Shown: in pieces, positions 60,585 to 64,000 of the stretch
How positions within the stretch are numbered: position 1 is the stretch's first letter
How the letters are laid out: each line of letters begins with the position of its first letter
Assembly (NCBI GenBank): GCA_900128395.1
Contig: LT649244.1
Span: 1-64,000 of the forward strand
DNA from: Stramenopiles sp. TOSAG23-2
Taxonomy: Eukaryota
Length of the DNA stretch: 64,000 nt
Direction: 5' to 3'
Notes under the pieces: model-generated
What the model was told of the DNA's origin: nothing
Database searches by the model: none
What the model saw: the letters and a program-made list of their open reading frames with translations, nothing else
Translations under genes and position numbers: made by a program

Positions 60585-63254
60585 TCATACCTTTTCTTGA
60601 AAACCCGTTAATGCTTCTTCCACTTTATCATTTAATTCATTGATAAATACATCTATTTCAACTAATCTATTCTTACCATTTTCCATTTTAATCCATTTTT
60701 CAAATTTCTTTTTTAAAGATTCAAGTGTCATTGGTCTATTGATTAAATCATCACGGAAAATTATATACATGCATTGATTTGTCGCTGAGATTAAATCAAA
60801 CGTGAAATCTTCTAACATTTTGGAATCTGTAAAGAAATTCTTGTCATCATCATTATCATCATTGGGGTCATCCTTTTTTAATGATGATACAGGTGGATCT
60901 GGAAATTTTCGCAATATATCCATATAACCATTGTTAAATTTTTCTAGTGTGGCTAAAATAATTTCCTTTTCATCATTGAAAATGTTGCTGTGATTTAAAG
61001 CCATTTTACGATTAATATTGTTGATAATCGTTCTATCACCACCACCAGTACCACTTCCATCACCTTCATCTTCGTCATCATCTCCATCAAGTTCCATATT
61101 ATCCTCCAACATATCTTCATCGTATATTAAACCTCCCTTATCTAACACTTCTTCTAAATTCGCAATCATTGCATCGCGTTCTGTTACATATTCTTTTAAA
61201 TTTGCCTCTTCCAATTGCGTCAATAACATACAATTGACTAATAGTTTTCTAATTTTAGCCGACAGTTCATATACATCTGAACGATGTATTGGTGTTTCCA
61301 ATTCACAGTCATTAACTTCCTTGCAATACGAATGCGTTAAACCAAACATACCAGGTGCATATACAGGTTTTCCATGCAAATAACATCTACCTGTTACTTT
61401 TGTTTTTATTTTATAATCACCATTTAAATCTGTATATTCATAAATTCGATGTATCATACATAAATCTTCATCTGCAAAATGCATTACAAATTCTTTATTG
61501 TTTGCTATACAATATGCAACTAAAAATCGATTGCGAGGCTCAAAACAAAGAAATTCTTGCTTCATTCCAGGAAAATACAATTGTCCTGCGCCCCATTTAA
61601 ATACAGGCAAGGCTTCCATGTCATCTTTATCCTTCAATGGTGCAAATATACTTCCATTTTCCTCATTTGAAAACTTCTGTGCACTATATACTGTCTTACC
61701 ATATAATTTATTAAATTCCATCACTCCATTTGTTGTTAGATTACAAAATGAATATTGTGAAGGAAGATCGTTATTATCATTTAATTCACGAAAAATGGTA
61801 TATGTTGTCGCTTCATCAAAGACGTTCGTATCACCATCCTCGTTAGATGGGCCAATGCCTTGTTTGCAATAAGTACCAATCGATGGCAATGGAATTTTAG
61901 TATTGTTGTCATTATTATTTACATTTACAATATGATTATTTACCAATTCGTTCCATGAATTCATTTCAAAATCATCATTGCCATAATAATGATTACCATG
62001 ATAAGATGAAAACATCATCATTCCAGCAATATTATTCGTATAACCATTCTCATCGACATGGTCACCACCATCACTACCATGATCCTCCTGATCATTGTTG
62101 GATACCGATGATAATAGATTTTTATCTACATATTCTTGCAAGGTGACGCATATATTACGTGCCATGAACATTGGATCCTCTTGTAACAATACTACTGATT
62201 CATCCTCTGCATCGTCTACTATATCACCACTAAATTCAAACTTTGCAAAATTTGGTGCAATTTCACCTTTTTCTTCATCGTATTCCGTTACCCATTGATA
62301 CTCCCTTCCTGGGCCATTGATACCATCAACTTCTGGAAACAATATACGATCATAATCTGGTATATACGAAAGCCATTGTCGTAACTCTGGATTAGTACTT
62401 AACGAGAAAAAATTACCATCGTGTATACTAGCATTTTCTAATCGAAATGAATTTGCATATGGTTGTGTCGTGATAATATCCATTGCAACATTGCCTTCAA
62501 TGGATAACCCGGCAAACCCATTATAATGTATGTCATTGCCTAAAAATATACGATTGTAACTAATATTACCAACTTTAGATGCTTCTGGCATCAACCCATT
62601 GATTGGTCCAAGTACAGTATTCATATCATATGATGGTGTGGAAAAAAATAGCATATTTAAACTATTTTCATACTGTTCCTTATCTATTTTTAACCTATCA
62701 GAAAATAATTGCAAGCATTCCGGTGGCATTCCATCTTCTTCTGATGAAAATGTTAAAAGAGAACACTTATCATCGAAGGAACCTATCATTAATGAAGCTT
62801 CCACACCACTATCTTTCGTATTTGTTACGTTCAAATCATCTTGTTTGATATTTCTTGAGTTACATAAGTTTATATTATCATTCCCAATAACAATATTGAA
62901 ATTATCATTTAATAGAGCTAATATTTTTTTAATATCTTCATCTGTTTGATCTGTTGCGAAGAAAAAAGCAACTAAATGTTTATTTTTATTGTCAAAAATT
63001 AATGTATCGTTTGACTTTATCTTAGTAATTTCATTCGATATTTTGTCAACCAATGGTATGGTTACATCATCAATTAAAAATTCTTTTGATACAAAATGTA
63101 AATATCTTTTATTATTGTAAAGGTGACTATTATTATTATTATTAAAATGCAGTGATTGTAGATTGGCATTACATAAAAATAAACATTGTCGTCTTGGGCG
63201 ATATTTATTACCAACGCTTCTGAAAAATGGTTTCGTATATTTAGTTAACATCAT
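60585..63254 (-). CDS. FIST-domain protein with Lon N-terminal-like domain and presequence-like N-terminus
   Basis: IFLGNDIHYNGFAGLSIEG..ITTQ, GMMMFS..G..YG, GTYCKQGIGP; LPVF..YFPG..FEPRNRFLVAYC. Confidence 0.6.
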   Translation of the reverse strand: MMLTKYTKPFFRSVGNKYRPRRQCLFLCNANLQSLHFNNNNNSHLYNNKRYLHFVSKEFLIDDVTIPLVDKISNEITKIKSNDTLIFDNKNKHLVAFFFATDQTDEDIKKILALLNDNFNIVIGNDNINLCNSRNIKQDDLNVTNTKDSGVEASLMIGSFDDKCSLLTFSSEEDGMPPECLQLFSDRLKIDKEQYENSLNMLFFSTPSYDMNTVLGPINGLMPEASKVGNISYNRIFLGNDIHYNGFAGLSIEGNVAMDIITTQPYANSFRLENASIHDGNFFSLSTNPELRQWLSYIPDYDRILFPEVDGINGPGREYQWVTEYDEEKGEIAPNFAKFEFSGDIVDDAEDESVVLLQEDPMFMARNICVTLQEYVDKNLLSSVSNNDQEDHGSDGGDHVDENGYTNNIAGMMMFSSYHGNHYYGNDDFEMNSWNELVNNHIVNVNNNDNNTKIPLPSIGTYCKQGIGPSNEDGDTNVFDEATTYTIFRELNDNNDLPSQYSFCNLTTNGVMEFNKLYGKTVYSAQKFSNEENGSIFAPLKDKDDMEALPVFKWGAGQLYFPGMKQEFLCFEPRNRFLVAYCIANNKEFVMHFADEDLCMIHRIYEYTDLNGDYKIKTKVTGRCYLHGKPVYAPGMFGLTHSYCKEVNDCELETPIHRSDVYELSAKIRKLLVNCMLLTQLEEANLKEYVTERDAMIANLEEVLDKGGLIYDEDMLEDNMELDGDDDEDEGDGSGTGGGDRTIINNINRKMALNHSNIFNDEKEIILATLEKFNNGYMDILRKFPDPPVSSLKKDDPNDDNDDDKNFFTDSKMLEDFTFDLISATNQCMYIIFRDDLINRPMTLESLKKKFEKWIKMENGKNRLVEIDVFINELNDKVEEALTGFQEKV

Positions 63255-63486
63255 CTTTCATGTGCAAGCAAAAGGTTTTATAATATATTCGTGGAATATG
63301 TTGTTTGATATAATGATATATAATCGTATATGTTACGTATATGTATCGATATATTCACATACTAATAATAAAATGTAAATTCAGTGTACCTAGGTAGTGT
63401 TAATGCAAATGCACAAATCGAAAATCGAAGAAGATGGTCGGTAATTGGTAATGGAAAAGGACGAAGTACATTTGCACATTTCTAAT

Positions 63487-63660
63487 TCTGGCATTCCATT
63501 CCAGCATTCCAGGCATTCCAGCATTCCTGGCCTTGCTGGCCGCTGGCCTTAGGGCTGGCCCAGCTGGCCCAGCTGGCCCAGGGCTGGCCCGGCTGGCATT
63601 CCACCCATTCCTGGCATTCTGGCTGGCTGGGCTGGCCTTAGCTGGCATTCCAGCATTACC
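63487..63660. repeat. GC-rich GCATTCC/GCTGGCC low-complexity array upstream of the FIST gene
   Basis: Repeated GCATTCC and GCTGGCCC units in otherwise AT-rich DNA. Confidence 0.8.
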
Positions 63661-64000
63661 AAGTACATTTATTCCTAGACTAGCTACTATGGCCATACCA
63701 GAATCTACATTTGGCATACTTCACTAGATGGATGATGAGATGGATATATTCGTTATACTTGGTACGATATCAATACAGTCTTATTATGATGGTATTTCTA
63801 TATAAAAATACGATGTGAAACACACATCAGAGGGGTGTCCATAATACACGCCGTATACAAATATATATATATCATACAATATAAACTATTTATCCAATGA
63901 GATATAAAGAGAAATATATTTCATCAAAGTATATACATCATATCTAAACAACATTGAATTTGTATTTATTTATATAAATTACCCATCTTGAAATGTATTT

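Noticed and set aside
63400-63727. Ala/Gly/Pro-rich ORFs resembling collagen-like peptides
   Set aside because: Artefact of the GC-rich repeat array, open on both strands

Overview
This is AT-rich, gene-dense and almost intron-free eukaryotic nuclear DNA. It is probably a heterotrophic, flagellated stramenopile-like protist; that is an inference from protein motifs, not something I can prove here. There are about 27 intact protein genes using the standard code, and only one clear GT-AG intron. Recognisable genes include glycine C-acetyltransferase, a type IIA topoisomerase, TatD, an aldo-keto reductase, an MFS transporter, a class-16 methyltransferase, a PhyH dioxygenase and a NACHT-WD40 protein. 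The most striking content is unusual domain fusions: an SLC4/Band-3 cytoplasmic domain on a bacterial-type NhaA Na+/H+ antiporter, a PI3K with cNMP-binding and GAF domains, a soluble fumarate reductase fused to flavodoxin, MARVEL/CASP-SH3, FIST-Lon-N and RRM-Rad52. There is also a candidate uncharacterised transcription factor. Non-coding DNA shows a 3'-end TACGAA motif, a promoter-side TACCAGG motif and palindromic dispersed repeats. Several 75-140 bp tandem duplications and abrupt gene-fragment junctions most likely reflect collapsed assembly gaps. I saw no rRNA, tRNA, CRISPR array or transposase.
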